A stretch of 63,840 bases of DNA, counting the filler, from Octopus bimaculoides (Eukaryota): the NCBI RefSeq assembly GCF_001194135.2. It is 4 parts of 4 records of this genome, joined end to end, with 100 filler letters (N's around TTAATTAATTAA, not from the genome) between each part and the next. Parts side by side here need not be neighbours in the genome. Positions count along the whole stretch, not along the records: positions 18,693 to 41,888 come from NC_068989.1; positions 41,989 to 61,213 come from NC_068996.1; 2 more parts are not named here. The stretch is one strand, 5' to 3'. The translations under genes were made by a program, and so were the position numbers. This document shows, in pieces, positions 38,050 to 49,677 of this stretch. The notes beneath the pieces are model-generated. The model had not been told where the DNA came from. It saw only the letters and a list, made by a program, of their open reading frames with translations, and ran no database searches. Numbering within the stretch: position 1 is the stretch's first letter; each line of letters starts with the position of its first letter.

Positions 38050-40412
38050 GTAATGCACTTCTTTCTCACTTCTTGAATCCCAACTGAAGCGAAGCTTACA
38101 GAAAGCTGAAACGGAAAACGCAGACTGTTCTAATGAAAAGTAAACAGGAATGGTGGAATAACAGAACAAATGGGGCGCAAGAAGCAGGTGATAGAAATGA
38201 TGTCAAGTGTTTGTACTCTTATGTTAAGGTGGTCTATGGCCTAGTGAGAACAGCAACTAGATATTTGATTTTGACTAACATCGCTTCTATTCATAAGCGT
38301 TTGGGGAACATTTTACTGCACTTTTGAATTGACCATCTTCCGTTGACATGAGGATGATGGAATAAATCGAACATTTTCCAGTTATAGAGGAGATGGCATT
38401 GAACCAACTCTAAATTACATTTATTTAGCTGTGAATAAGATGAATAGTAATAAGTCTCCAGGGTCTCATGGAGTCTGTGCAGAGATCTTGAAATACGGAG
38501 GTAACAAAATGCTTGAACTCTTAAATATATTAATTTGTCACTGCTGTAGAACTGAGGAAATGCCTCAAGACTGGAATGATGCCATTTTAGTCTTCTTGTA
38601 TAAGTTGGGAGCCAAAGGATCTGTGTGGTAATTTTGGTGGGATTTCGCTTCTGTCTGTAGTTGGAAACGTACTTGCCCGCATTCTGTCAGAACGTCTAAA
38701 TACCTTGATAGTTCCAAATATAGTGTCTGAATCTCAATGTGGTTTTCGCTCCTCCAGGGGCACAGTTGATCGTATCTGTAGTATCAGACAATTGTAAGAA
38801 AAGTGCATTGAACAGAATCTTGCCGTATACCATTGCTTTGTCGATTTAAGCAAGGCATTCGATACTGTTAATCGAAATAGGTTTCCCAGAAATAATTAAC
38901 ATGATCAGGGCTTTGCATTAAGACATGAAGGTTAGAGGCAATTTTGGCGGTAGGCTCTCTGCATCTTTTGCCGTGGAAAATGGAGTAAAGCAAGGTGACC
39001 TTGATTCACCTATCTTTTTTGCAATACACTTTGCTGTTGTGCTGTTATACGCTTTCCTCCTCCGAGGATATTTACATAAAATATCGAATAACAGGGAATG
39101 TTTTTAATCTAGCCAGACTGAAGTTTAAAACAAAATTTTTTTTTACTTCACTCATTAGGGAACTCTTATATGCCGACGATTGAGATTTAGTCAGTCACTG
39201 TGAAGCAGCTCTGCAATCTCTTGTATCTGCATTTGACACAGCTTGTGAAGATTTTGGCATGACCACCAACCTGAAAAAAAAACAGTTGTAATGTTTCAAC
39301 CTGCACGTGGTGCTGTTTGCAACCCTCCTAAAACTTTCGTTAAGGGTAAGTTACTTGAGGCTGTTGACGCTTTCATTTACCTTGGAAGCCCTGTATGAAA
39401 TTTTGAAAATCTGGATACAGAAATACATCTGCGAATTCAAAGGCAGCACAAGCATTTGGTGGTTTGGAGTCACGCGTTGGGCGCCAACTGCAACATATAA
39501 ATAACAACACCAAATTGGCTCTTTACAAATCGTTTGTCTTACCATCGCTGTTATATTATTCTGGAACATGGACGTGCTATGAAAGACATTTCAACTTGTA
39601 AGAATGATTCCACCAAAAATGCCTTCATCGCATTTGAAATATTAAACTTTTTTTTACTTGAGATACTGACGTCTTTGCATCTGCAGGCATTGGTTCAATT
39701 AAATAAATGATTCTGAAAGACCAAATGAGATTGGATTGTCTGGCCATATTGTTCGAATGGCGTATGAACGTACACCAAACAGCTGTTTTATAGCTAGCTT
39801 GCAGGGAGGAAACGCAATCGGTTTAAACCTAAAAAGAGGTTTAAGGGCAAAATAAGGACTAACATGAAGTCACTTGGAATGGATCGAAAGGCTACAGAAA
39901 CCCATGCTTCGGATCGAGCTGAATGGTGAATAACATTGTGCAATAGAATGAAAGCGTTTGAGGAGGCTAAGATCGCACATACAAGACTCAAGAAAGATTT
40001 AAAGAAGAATGTTGCGGTTGAGAAGGTGAATCTCAGTGAGATTTTTGTATGCATAGTTTGTGACAGACCATGCCTTTCTTTGCTGGGCTCAAATCTCATT
40101 CGCAGGCAGATAAAAAACGAACATCCACCAACAATTCTGCCTATATATATATGTACGCACATTTCAATGCCGTGTATGCCATAAGGTCTGCAATTTTAAC
40201 GGAGACATCTAAGTACATTTTAATATCCACAAAGATCCGAATATAACTGCAGCTCTTTGTGGTCCAAATCGGATATGCAATCTATGTGGGTGTCTTCTGA
40301 ATACATTATATGTGGATGTCTTCTTAATACATTATCTGTAAACGCCAAGATGGATCTAAGGTGTATGTACAGGAGGTGGTCTGACTCTATATAAGAGGTA
40401 AATAAACCACCA
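38050..40412 (+). mobile_element. RTE-BovB-like LINE, 5'-truncated (copy 2, same family as 1489-4482)
   Basis: NKSPGSHGVCAEILKYG, FVDLSKAFDTV, NGVKQGD, ELLYADD; 3' end GTACAGGAGGTGGTC...AACCAC then (TA)n matches copy 1. Confidence 0.92.
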
Positions 40413-40437
40413 TATATATATATATGTNNNNNNNNNN

Positions 40438-40476
<39 letters not shown>

Positions 40477-40599
40477 CATATTGGATTTTCCCTGAGACAG
40501 CTGTAAGACTTTATACATAAATATAATTCTAAATTTGCTATTTGTCACTTTATCTTTTTCTTTGTTTATATATATATATATATATATAGACAGAGAGAG

Positions 40600-40760
40600 A
40601 GGAGGAGGTGAAAAGTGGTTAGTAGCATTCCTTCCGACTTCCCACTCAGAGCTCAGACGCTGGTGGGATCGTCTTTGCCCTTCATCCTCTCGAGTTAGAT
40701 AAATTAAGTACCGATTGCACACTGGCATCAATGTAATCGAATTATTCCTTACACTGAAAT
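40600..40760 (+). mobile_element. SINE family A, diverged
   Basis: TTTGCCCTTCATCCTCTCG...ATAAATTAAGTACC...ATGTAATCGA. Confidence 0.65.
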
Positions 40761-41741
40761 TATTCCCTTCACTGAAAAATACAATATATACGCATATATA
40801 GATGTCATGCTATATTGTCTACGTGTTATTTCTGCTATTGCATGTGTGCATGCATATGTTCTTGTTATTATTCTTATTCTCTTAATGTATCTACTGGTGA
40901 TATCAATATTAAAGGGACAATAATCAAGGTTATTATGGGTTTGTACAGTTCATGATTGTTTCAGTTGATTTTGTCGGTGACAATTTCTTGCTGTTATCAA
41001 AAGAACGATCAAGGAAAAATAACAAAAGAATAGCAATGTATATATAGTTATATCGGGGAGGACAGTATCAGAGAAATAAAAGGAAAGGTTGGGGCGGGTG
41101 TTAACAAATCAGTCCGCTATGAATTTATAACAATTTTTGCTATAAAATTAAACCTTGATTTAAAGCTATTAGAAAGACTAAATCAAACGAAATTATCTAC
41201 GTACATTAAGCACTCCATAAATGAATGTTAACACAATATTGGAGACAAATGTACACGCTATTAAGAATTAAAGAACACGTAAAATGTTCAAATTTAAAGA
41301 AGTAAGTTATCTAATATTGAACATAAAAATATAAATGACGCACCAAGGAGTATGTAAATATCGAGAACAAGTTTCAAAACAATTTAAGAAACATTCATTC
41401 ATTTATAACTTTTAAACATTTTAGTAGTGTGCGCCAATTTGTAGGTTTGAATTATAATGCATTTTTTTTTTTGTTTTACTGTTAGAAGTTATTTTCTTGA
41501 GTTTTACACATATAATTTTCACTAATGAAATGGGCAACAAATGGACAGTTAGGAATTGATTAACTTAGATGATCATCAATATCAGCGAATAAATGCTACA
41601 CTAATTTAATTTCAGTGAACAAAAATCGGAATATTGCAGACGTGACCTGAGATACAATCTTTTCAATGAAAGTCACGAGTTACTGCCAGTTTTCATCAAG
41701 CCTGTTTTCAAAACACACACACACACTCGTATACACACACA

Positions 41742-41791
<50 letters not shown>

Positions 41792-41888
41792 CACATACAC
41801 CCACGCACATACACACATAAAGCACATTTAAAGATATGTATGAAGTATGTGTATGCAAGCATCTCTCTATGTTTCTTCATCACTCTCT

Positions 41889-41988
41889 NNNNNNNNNNNN
41901 NNNNNNNNNNNNNNNNNNNNNNNNNNNNNNNNTTAATTAATTAANNNNNNNNNNNNNNNNNNNNNNNNNNNNNNNNNNNNNNNNNNNN
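41889..41988. other. Artificial contig-joining spacer
   Basis: 44 N + TTAATTAATTAA + 44 N. Confidence 0.95.
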
Positions 41989-42645
41989 GAGATATATCAC
42001 TTCCACATTTGAGTGGTTAAGTAGCTGTTTCAGCACCCAGTCATAGTGTTGTAAGAGCTGAGTCAGGCAGCTTCTTCCTGGTCGGAAACCATGTTGGGTG
42101 TCAGGCAGCAAGTCATTTTCTTCAAGGAAGGCAATTAGTTTTCTTCTGACTATTCTTTCCATGACCTTGCTGATGTGCGAGGTCAGAGAAATAGGTCTGT
42201 AGTTCTTGGCTTCCGCTCTGCTACCTCCTTTATGAATATGGCATATTTTACCCTCCTTCAGTTTTCTTGGGAGTTTGCCAGATGCAAGGAAGCTCTGAAA
42301 GAGGGACTACAGCGGTCTTGTTAGGACTCGTTTACATACCTTTAGAGGGGTTGCTGGGAATCCATCAGGGCCAGTAGCTGAGTTTGGGTTCAATTCATCT
42401 ATAGCCCTTATTACATCGTCTTCCTTTATATCTATGTAATCGATCATCATTGCCTCTGTTTTTATATCTGCAGTGGTAAAAACGTCAGTTGGATTGCTGA
42501 CTTGAAAGTGCCCTAGGGGTGGAGTGAAAACACTTTTGAATTGCTCATTTAGTATTTCGCTTATCCGCCTTGGGTTTCCTGTTAGTGCACCATCTTTTTC
42601 AAGGAGAGGCCCCATCCTGCAGTGCACTGAAGCTGTTTCTTTGGC
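41989..42645 (-). mobile_element. CR1-clade LINE RT fragment
   Basis: SATGPDGFPA, IHKGGSRAEAKNYRPISLTSHISKVMERIV, QHGFRPGRSCLTQLL, VIYL. Confidence 0.9.
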
Positions 42646-42694
42646 AAACTTATATATATATACTTATTATATTATATGTGTGTATAATTACTTA

Positions 42695-42876
42695 ACAAAC
42701 GATGTTGGAGCGTTTACGTCCTGTAAATTAACGGTCCAGCAAAAGACACCGATAGAATAAGTACTTGGCTTACAAAGAATAGGTTCTGCGGTCAATTTGT
42801 TCCACTCAAGGTGGTGCTCCAATATGGCCGCCGTCAAATGGTTGAAACAAGTAAAAGCATAAAAAATGAATAAAAG

Positions 42877-42880
<4 letters not shown>
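42695..42880 (+). mobile_element. SINE family B 3' half
   Basis: ACCGATAGAATAAGTACTTGGCTTACAAAGAATA...ATATGGCCGCCGTCAAATG...AACAAGTAAAAG. Confidence 0.85.
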
Positions 42881-42920
<40 letters not shown>

Positions 42921-43159
42921 CAGATAGATAGGTAACTTTCTATTAGCCACACAGGGCCAAACACAGAGGGGCAAAATAAAATGTAGAGCTTTACTTTTCG
43001 AAAGAAAAAAGAAGAAAATACAAAGAAAAAAAGAGGAAAAAATTACGATCAAAAGGGACCGTGTATCACAAAACAGAGCAAAAGTGTAAAAACAGATTAG
43101 ATTTATCTGTGGAAAGAAAAGCCTACGAAAGAGACAACAGTAACCTCAGGATTTACAGG

Positions 43160-44330
43160 ATCATCCTCAAAGTGTTTCGTCATTCGCGTGTACCATATTT
43201 GCTACATTCACCCACCTTTCATTGAATCTTTCATAAGACAAAACTTCCCTTTCTATTCTCACCTTACTTTCCGAGTGGTACTTGAAAAAGTTGATGACCA
43301 ATTGGCGAGAGAGGAAAGCGTTTGGCTCTAAACATTTTGTTTGAGTCCACAATGCACATTCTTTCACCATGGTTACCAGTACGATGAAAACTGCCTTACG
43401 TTCCCGGTTAAGGGAAGGTGGCGGAGCAATTTTCACGATAGTCTCGGCAGACAACCGAATTCGTCCCACACGTGACAGCAGCCGTTCGGCATAAGGCCAC
43501 AGGTCCGAATTGGTTGGACGCTGTACGAGTGCGTGCAGAACGGTTTCGTCGCTCTCACCGCTTCTCGGGCAAGTCGGTCTGGTGTATCTCGAACCGTGCC
43601 TGTAGATCTTATCCCGAACGGGTAATGCTTCCCGATAACACTGCCAGGCCAGGGATCTCTCGTGATTCTCCATAGGTCCCGGCCCGAAAGTTACTCTGAA
43701 CAGGTGAGTCAAGTCGTCCACGTCGGCGCCCACATCTTACCCGAGAATGTTGTCGCACCGTCCCTTTAGTAATTCTATATAGAACGCCTTCGTGGAATTG
43801 AAGTCGCACAAGTTTAGTCCCGGACGGCAGAGTTGCTTGAGAGCAAAGCGGCACTCACGGTGGCATTCACCTAGCCTCGGTCCCTGTTTGATCCACGAAT
43901 GCAGTTTCGCCAAAGAGACGATCTGCGCGAAAGCGTGTCTCACAAACAGCGACTATGCCTGTTCCTCGTCATCTATGTAGAGCCGGAGATGTTGCAGTCT
44001 CAGCGCATGCCTGTGCATCATCAACCACGGTATGCCGAGCCCTCCATTTAGAGGCTGTTGACAGCAAATGGATCGCCTAATCGTCGGAATGCTTTCCTTC
44101 CACAAAAGCGGAAGATTATGCGTTCCAGATTTGTGATGGCAGGGTCAGAACAAGACACGACGGTCAGACGGTAATCGATGACGAATGCGTAGTACACGTT
44201 CACCACCTCCGCCCCACCTTTTATGGATAGCTTCCGCTTGACCCATTGCTGGATGAGAGTAGCCACCCTACTCATTACATCATATGTGGTTTGGCGTTCG
44301 ACTTCAAACCTCATATGTGGCAAGCCAACT
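43160..44330 (-). mobile_element. Tx1/L1-group LINE C-terminal region (zf-RVT)
   Basis: SLAWQCYREALPVRDKIYRHG...TCPRSGESDETVLHAL; upstream VVNVY..VIDYRL. Confidence 0.8.
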
Positions 44331-44468
44331 TAGTAGCTTTATGTTTGTTCTTGAGTCGGAAGGAAGATATATGATTTTTTATCCGCCTTCACATAACCCG
44401 ATATAACTCTTCTTATCGGTTCTACTATGATCTAGCGTTGCTGTAACTTCTGCCTCATATATGACGGA

Positions 44469-44500
<32 letters not shown>

Positions 44501-44507
<7 letters not shown>

Positions 44508-44610
44508 CGTTGAACACCGGCTCTCGTGCGATCACGGACGTTGAGCAACGTCACAACTAGTTAGTACTTAGATGGGCGACCGCTTGGGAAACCTAGGCGC
44601 CGAAAATATC
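44501..44610 (+). pseudogene. 5S rRNA-derived sequence (pseudogene or SINE3 head)
   Basis: ACGTTGAACACCGGCTCTCGTGCGATCACGGACGTTGAGCAACGTC...GTTAGTACTTAGATGGGCGACCGCTTGGGAA aligns by eye with invertebrate 5S rRNA including box A and box C; first about 10 nt replaced by (TA)n. Confidence 0.88.
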
Positions 44611-44788
44611 TTTATAAAGGCGAGGGCCCAGCATAGCCGCAATCAAATGACTCAAGCAAGACATATATATATGTATATATATATATATGTGTATATATAT
44701 ATATANNNNNNNNNNNNNNNNNNNNNNNNNNNNNNNNNNNNNNNNNNNNNNNNNNNNNNNNNNNNNNNNNNNNNNNNNNNNNNNNNNN

Positions 44789-44877
<89 letters not shown>

Positions 44878-45301
44878 ATGTATAATTAAGGACAAACAGT
44901 AAGTTGTCGTTATAATACTCGGAATGATGAATGTCGGAGCGAAGAGCTACAATGCATTTTTGTCGGGTATTAACGGCAATAGACGCTATGAAAAACCATT
45001 AGATAATAGGGAAGTTACTCTAGTAGGAAGAAAAAGAAAAATGATAATAATTACACGCAACCATATTCTCACAATACATAGACATAAAACCTCCTGCGTT
45101 CATAACGTCTGCATACGTACACTCTCACACAAACATGTATATGTACATGTACATACACACAAACATATATGTGCATGTACGTTCTCATACATACACACAT
45201 ATCCACACACGCACACACACACACACACATATATCCTCATATACACATAGATGTCTGCATCCATACATGTAAATTTAGACATTTATACATATAAATATAC
45301 G

Positions 45302-45360
<59 letters not shown>

Positions 45361-45376
45361 GTATATATATATATAT

Positions 45377-45415
<39 letters not shown>

Positions 45416-45434
45416 GGCATACATNNNNNNNNNN

Positions 45435-46991
45435 TATTTAATTTCTAATGAATATAAATGGGATATACCAATACTATATTTGCATACACATGCATAAACT
45501 AAGAATATGCAAAAGAAACTAACAAATTATAGTAACTAATGAATTTATATACAATTATAAATATTTAGGAGTGAAAAATATATTCGTACAGAATAAATTT
45601 ATGAGTTTCTATGCCACAAAATACTGTTAAAATAATTTTTTTTTTTTTACTAGAACTTTCTCGTTTGTTCCAATAATCTGATCATTGGTCATTTGTAAGT
45701 GTCAAAACGCTAGCTTTTTCATTCAGCACTGAGACAACATAAAGTAGTGTCGTAATAATGGCGAAAAGTAAGGAACTCACAAATTCAGTGCAAACTTAAT
45801 TACTGAACAGTGGAAAGGAGGTAAAAGTTACAGGAAAATATCAGAGACCCTTTGTATTCCATTTTCTACCATATCTTCATTTATTCAAAGATATAAAATA
45901 TCGGGAACTGTTGAAAACAGAATAAGATCCGGTGCACCACGCAAGATTTCCCCTAGATCTTTAAGAAAAATGAAGTGAAGTATCGAAAAAAACGCAATGA
46001 CCACCAGAAAGGAGTTGCAAGAAGATTTGTTAGCTTCAGAGACTAGTGTTACACTACGAACAATCAGCAATGAACTTCATAAGAATGAACTGAAGTTATG
46101 CTCTCCTAGAAAAACTCCACTGTTGACTAAAAGGCATACAGATGCCCGTTTAAAATTTGTCTATGAACATAAAGATAAATCTGATACATTCTGGGAAAAT
46201 GTGCTTTGGACAGACGAGTCGAAAATTGAATTGTTTGGACGAAATTCGCGTAGCCATGTTTGGAAGAAAGATGGTACCACCTATTCGCCGAAAAACATAA
46301 TTCCTACTGTAAAGTTTGGAGGTGGCGACATCATTGTGTAGGGGTGTTTCTCTGCAAATGGCACTGGCAATTTACATGTGATAGATAGTAGAATGAATGC
46401 AGAGATGTACCAAAATATTTTGAACAATAATTTATGGGACTCTGTAGAAAAGCTCCAGCTTTGTGAAGGTGGGTTTTACAACAGGATAACGGCCCTAAAC
46501 ACACGGTGAAGTCTACCAAAAATGGATTGTCAATCACAATATAAAATTATTAGAATGGCCAAGCCATTCACCTGACTTGAACCCCATTGAAAATTTGTGG
46601 CGTTATTTGAAAATTAAAATTCATTCAAGAGCCCCAATGTGCATTCCAGATTTGAAGAAAATTTGTCAAGAAGAATGGGAAAAAATTCCTAAAGAAACAT
46701 GCGAGTCATTGATTAAGAACTACAAGAAGAGATTAGTTGAAGTGGTTATGCTACGAAGTATTAAATTAGAAATATCAGTTATTTATGTTCTGTACAAAAA
46801 CTTTTTTCACCTCCTAAATATTTATATTTGTATATAAATTCATTAGTTACTATAATCTATTAGTTTCTTTTGCATATTCTTAGTTTATGTATGTGTATGC
46901 AAATATGGTATTGGTATATCCCATTTATGTTCATTAGAAATTAAATAAAGAAAGAATTTTGACATGCACGAATATTTATTTCCCACCACTG
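45435..46991 (+). mobile_element. Tc1 DNA transposon, DD34E, long TIRs
   Basis: 45435-45582 is the inverted complement of about 46803-46948; right end ...CCCACCACTG; outer left TIR lost in gap. Confidence 0.92.
45758..46770 (+). pseudogene. Tc1 transposase pseudogene
   Basis: MAKSKELT...; VLWTDESKIELFG; QQDNGPKH; SPDLNPIENLW; D-E spacing 34 after restoring one deleted base. Confidence 0.9.
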
Positions 46992-47107
46992 TGTATAGTC
47001 AATCCAAACATGAACAAGCAAGAAAAAACACGAAAATACAACAACGCAAGGACGTGGAATAAGTACACTGTTATTGGACGGTCCGGAAAGGAAAGAAAAG
47101 AAAGAGG

Positions 47108-47142
47108 ATTTCACGTTTCGAGCAGAGCTCTTCATCAGAAAT
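47108..47142 (-). ncRNA. Minimal hammerhead-like motif, cleavage-site base mutated
   Basis: Minus strand ATTT-CTGATGA-A-GAGC-TCT-GCTC-GAAACGT-G-AAAT; position 17 is G. Confidence 0.65.
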
Positions 47143-47215
47143 ATAGGAAAAGTCCAAAGAAGGGAAGACGGAGAAACAAAATCGCCAACGATGCACACGC
47201 GATCACAAACACACA

Positions 47216-47271
<56 letters not shown>

Positions 47272-47279
47272 CACACATA

Positions 47280-47625
47280 TACATCTTCCTATCACCCACC
47301 TACACCCGCATATTCGTATAAATAAAGGGGATGTGTGTATTAAAGTCGCACTTATGCACCGGTCAGAGTTTTACACTCATATGCACACATATACGCATAG
47401 ATATATATACACACGCACACACATATACATATAAAATATATACATACATACATTCACATACGTATACATTCACACAATTAAAAAGGAAAAAAGAAAAAAG
47501 GAAAACATAAAAAAAACAAAATGTTAAGACATATGAGAAGCTTGTGCAGGAATATGGTAAAATGCGGATTCTATCCGTGATCTTAAAGTTGGGGCCAAAA
47601 CCGTAACAGGTATTTTGTCGCATGT
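47280..47625 (+). repeat. Unclassified dispersed repeat, about 350 bp (copy 2)
   Basis: Matches 28430-28795. Confidence 0.8.
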
Positions 47626-47970
47626 GGATATAATCCCAAAAGTTTAGTTCTTGAAATTAGACATGTAGCGGGGTTCAAGGAACTTTTTCGGATGAGCCAT
47701 CTTTCCATATTACAACGACCGCACTTGCCCCTACCATTGGTATATGGTTTACACTTGGTCAAGGTCTCCAGTAAATCCTATAGCTGATACCTTATACCAA
47801 CGGATCTTGGCCAAGTATAAAACTGGCCAAGAAATACAGGTGCTTGGCCGGTGGCTATCAGTTTATGCTGCTCGATGTCGAGATGTCATTTTCTAGAACA
47901 CCCTGTACTACAGATTTCCTCTGCAAAATAGGGTTACGGTGGCCCGTCGTAGAAATGAGCCCCGCAATGT

Positions 47971-48240
47971 TGAGTGGCTGCTGCAGCGAGTGGCACTGGT
48001 CATTCTCCATGACAACGTCATCGCATCATTTCTGAGTAGTCAGAGATTAAAAAAAAACCTCGGCGGGTGGAGTCGCTGCTACAGCGAGTATGCTGACCAT
48101 TCGCCATAGTGACGCCATCGCGGTCATTACTGAGGGGACTAGCTGAGAAATTAGCCCAGTGAGGTGGAGTAGCCACTGCGGCGAGTGTCCCTAGACATTC
48201 TATGCAGGAACGCCATCGCGGTCATTACAGTGGGGCGCGG
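47971..48240. repeat. Degenerate GC-rich tandem repeat, 3 units of about 98 bp
   Basis: Units start at 47971, 48070, 48167 with GAGT.GC..CT.C.GCGAGT...CATTC...ACG.CATCGC..TCATT.C. Confidence 0.75.
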
Positions 48241-48637
48241 ATGAACAAAACATTTTCCTGAGGTATGGTGCCCATCGCCCCCTCCTACTTCAGCTAGTGT
48301 CGCTTTTATCACCTTTTTCTTTTTCTTTCTTTTTCTTTCTTATTCCTCTTCTTGACATCTAGCAAGCTACAAATATAGTAGCAAGCGTGGATGTGTGGTA
48401 AGAAGTTTACTTCACAACCACATGGTTGTGAGTTTAGCTTTGATTAATTTGTTCTGTGCCGTTGTCTAAAATTGTAATCTTTTTTACATTTTCCTCTTTC
48501 ACCTGTTTTATTGAGGTCTGTACATCTCAATATATTTGTTTACAAATTGTTTCTATAAAAAGGGCTTTGTATGTATACGCGAGTTCCTTATGGTCAATGC
48601 AAGTTATTAGTAATATTACAAATTATTATTATTATTA

Positions 48638-48699
<62 letters not shown>

Positions 48700-49594
48700 G
48701 AGTGAGAGAGCAGTGCATGCCATCAAAGTGACAGTGGGTATATATATATATATACGAAGCTCAGTTTACCCATCATGACAACCCGTCTGATAAGGGTACA
48801 GCAGGCACATGCATCACGACCATATGTGCGCGACCTTATATCACGATAAACAACGCATGGCATGTTAATCTCGAGTGTATGCGCAGAACCCACTCTTAGC
48901 GCGGGACTCAATTCTAACAAATCTGTGCAATTGGCTTAAAACTGGCCCTGCGGCCACACTTGTAGTGCGACTGACTGTTGTGTGCACTTTTCACATCCTC
49001 TTTATATATCCCAAAACATTTCAACTCAGTTTATGCAACCATGTCGTACTCGAACTCCATAACACGAGTAGCAATCACATTCGTCCATAGCTCCTAATCA
49101 GATGTTTGTAACACAAGATGTTTGTAACACAAGATGTTTGTAACACAAGATGTTTGTAACACCAGGCACATGCACCACAGCCACATGTGCATGATATAGT
49201 GATCTCATATCAGGATAAACAGCGCACGACCTTGCAGGTATGGCATATAATAATAATATGGCCCAGTTAGAATTTTCTTCAGGTTGAGTAGCCCATCCCG
49301 CTCAAAAGGTCCTTGAATAAGGGTTGTTTAAGGATGTTGAACAAAACACCCACCTTTCCAAAGGTGAATTATCCAAATTATTCTGCTCGGGATCTAAGAT
49401 GCTCATATCGTCAGCCACTAAGGGACATGCTCAACCAGTTATGGTCAAGCAACTGACAAGCAAATCTGTGGTATTGAGCAGAATATTTGTTGTAGACAAT
49501 CTTTTATATCAAGACAAAACAATGTACATAATAACGCTTCAAAATCAATTAAGATCAGAAGCAACGAGAGCCACTGCTTAGTACTGCATGAGAG

Positions 49595-49595
<1 letters not shown>
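48700..49595 (-). mobile_element. Non-coding repeat element(s) embedded between two (ATT)n arrays
   Basis: Bounded by (ATT)n 48622-48699 and 49596-49676; internal duplication (CAGGCACATGCA...GATAAACA.CGCA at about 48800 and 49163); no ORF homology seen. Confidence 0.55.
49100..49162. repeat. 16-bp minisatellite AGATGTTTGTAACACA x4
   Basis: Direct reading; three perfect units plus 15 bp. Confidence 0.95.
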
Positions 49596-49669
<74 letters not shown>

Positions 49670-49677
49670 TATTATTA

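Noticed and set aside
41150-41330. Third Penelope GIY-YIG remnant
   Set aside because: Only LRIKEH-like residues are visible; too short to support.
44501-44610. Functional 5S rRNA gene
   Set aside because: 5' end missing, several substitutions and a 2-nt deletion, not in a tandem array.
47971-49162. CRISPR-like array
   Set aside because: Eukaryotic context; the 16-bp units have no spacers and the 98-bp units are homologous throughout.
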